Assembly: GCA_965205215.1 (NCBI GenBank)
Contig: OZ242041.1
Location: 896,001 to 960,000, forward strand
Source of the DNA: Nitrosopumilus sp.
Lineage (GTDB): Archaea; Thermoproteota; Nitrososphaeria; Nitrososphaerales; Nitrosopumilaceae
Direction of reading: 5' to 3'
Length of the DNA stretch: 64,000 bases
Below are positions 63,420 to 64,000 of the stretch, in pieces (positions within the stretch are counted from its first letter, which is position 1; each line of letters begins with the position of its first letter). A program made the position numbers and the translations under genes. Below the pieces are notes generated by a model. It worked only from the letters and a program-made list of their open reading frames with translations. It did no database searches and had not been told where the DNA came from.

Positions 63420-63568
63420 ACCACCACCGCCCGTTCCTACCGCCGCGCTCCTGAGGTGTAGTCTGCAAGGAATCTGTACCGGAACGCCCAGGTTGCGGCG
63501 GGCCGCCCGGCACCTGTGGAAGCTCTGGGAATGCGGTGGCAGATGTCAAACACATGTTGCAGAGGCGG

Positions 63569-63679
63569 CTAGGACCACCGATACGCCTGGCGGATGGCCA
63601 TTTCCTTGGTATAGCCGTGCTTTTTCATGAGCAGCTTTGCTGTCTCCTCAATATCCTTTGAGTGTTTTTTGTCTGACAT
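63569..63679 (-). CDS. 36-aa small protein
   Basis: MSDKKHSKDIEETAKLLMKKHGYTKEMAIRQAYRWS; TTAAGTA box ~22-28 bp upstream; below the ORF-track cutoff. Confidence 0.45.
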   Translation of the reverse strand: MSDKKHSKDIEETAKLLMKKHGYTKEMAIRQAYRWS

Positions 63680-64000
63680 GGTTACCGTTGTGCCCCGACA
63701 TACTTAATCCCTGCCTCTCGTCTCCTCTGACGCCTCCAACGCCGCTGCTGCTGCGCGCAGCCTCCTGTGTAACGCGGCGGGGCGCGCACCGGGCACCGCG
63801 ACGCCCCTGATTACACGCACTGATCCGTTTCTGCGGCGTATCTCTGACTCATGCCCTGATTCTTTCCGGGTAACTGTCGCGGCCCGTCCCTGCCGTCTCC
63901 ACCGCGGATCGTCTCCCGGACGGCTCATTGATGCGGATCCACAATCAAGAGCGCTTTTTGGCATAACGCGGAACGTCCTCCGGCCGTCCATTTTTTCACG

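Overview
Archaeal chromosome segment, most likely a high-GC Nitrososphaerota (Nitrosopumilaceae-like ammonia oxidiser). The basis is the acetyl/propionyl-CoA carboxylase genes, a complex I operon nuoABCDHIJKMLN with no nuoEFG, an RFC large subunit and a tRNA with a non-canonical intron. A core block (~13.3-45.5 kb) lies between two accessory islands. The left island (<1-13.3 kb) ends at a tyrosine integrase beside tRNA-Lys and carries an OLD-type nuclease, a HEPN-like protein and IS630 debris. The right island (45.5->64 kb) starts at tRNA-Ile2(CAU). It carries a CAP / J-domain / Hsp70-zincin / 2H-phosphoesterase / metallophosphoesterase / double-AAA / HEPN cluster punctuated by ~62-bp palindromic elements. 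The most unusual signal is a non-coding module present four times, as a tandem pair in each island. Each module has an A-free GC-rich tandem array, a conserved core with covarying twin hairpins and helically phased iteron-like repeats, and three copies end in a small AbrB-type gene with a conserved C-terminal tail. A family of 42-48-bp palindromes follows each pair. All calls are from motif recognition by eye; no searches were run.
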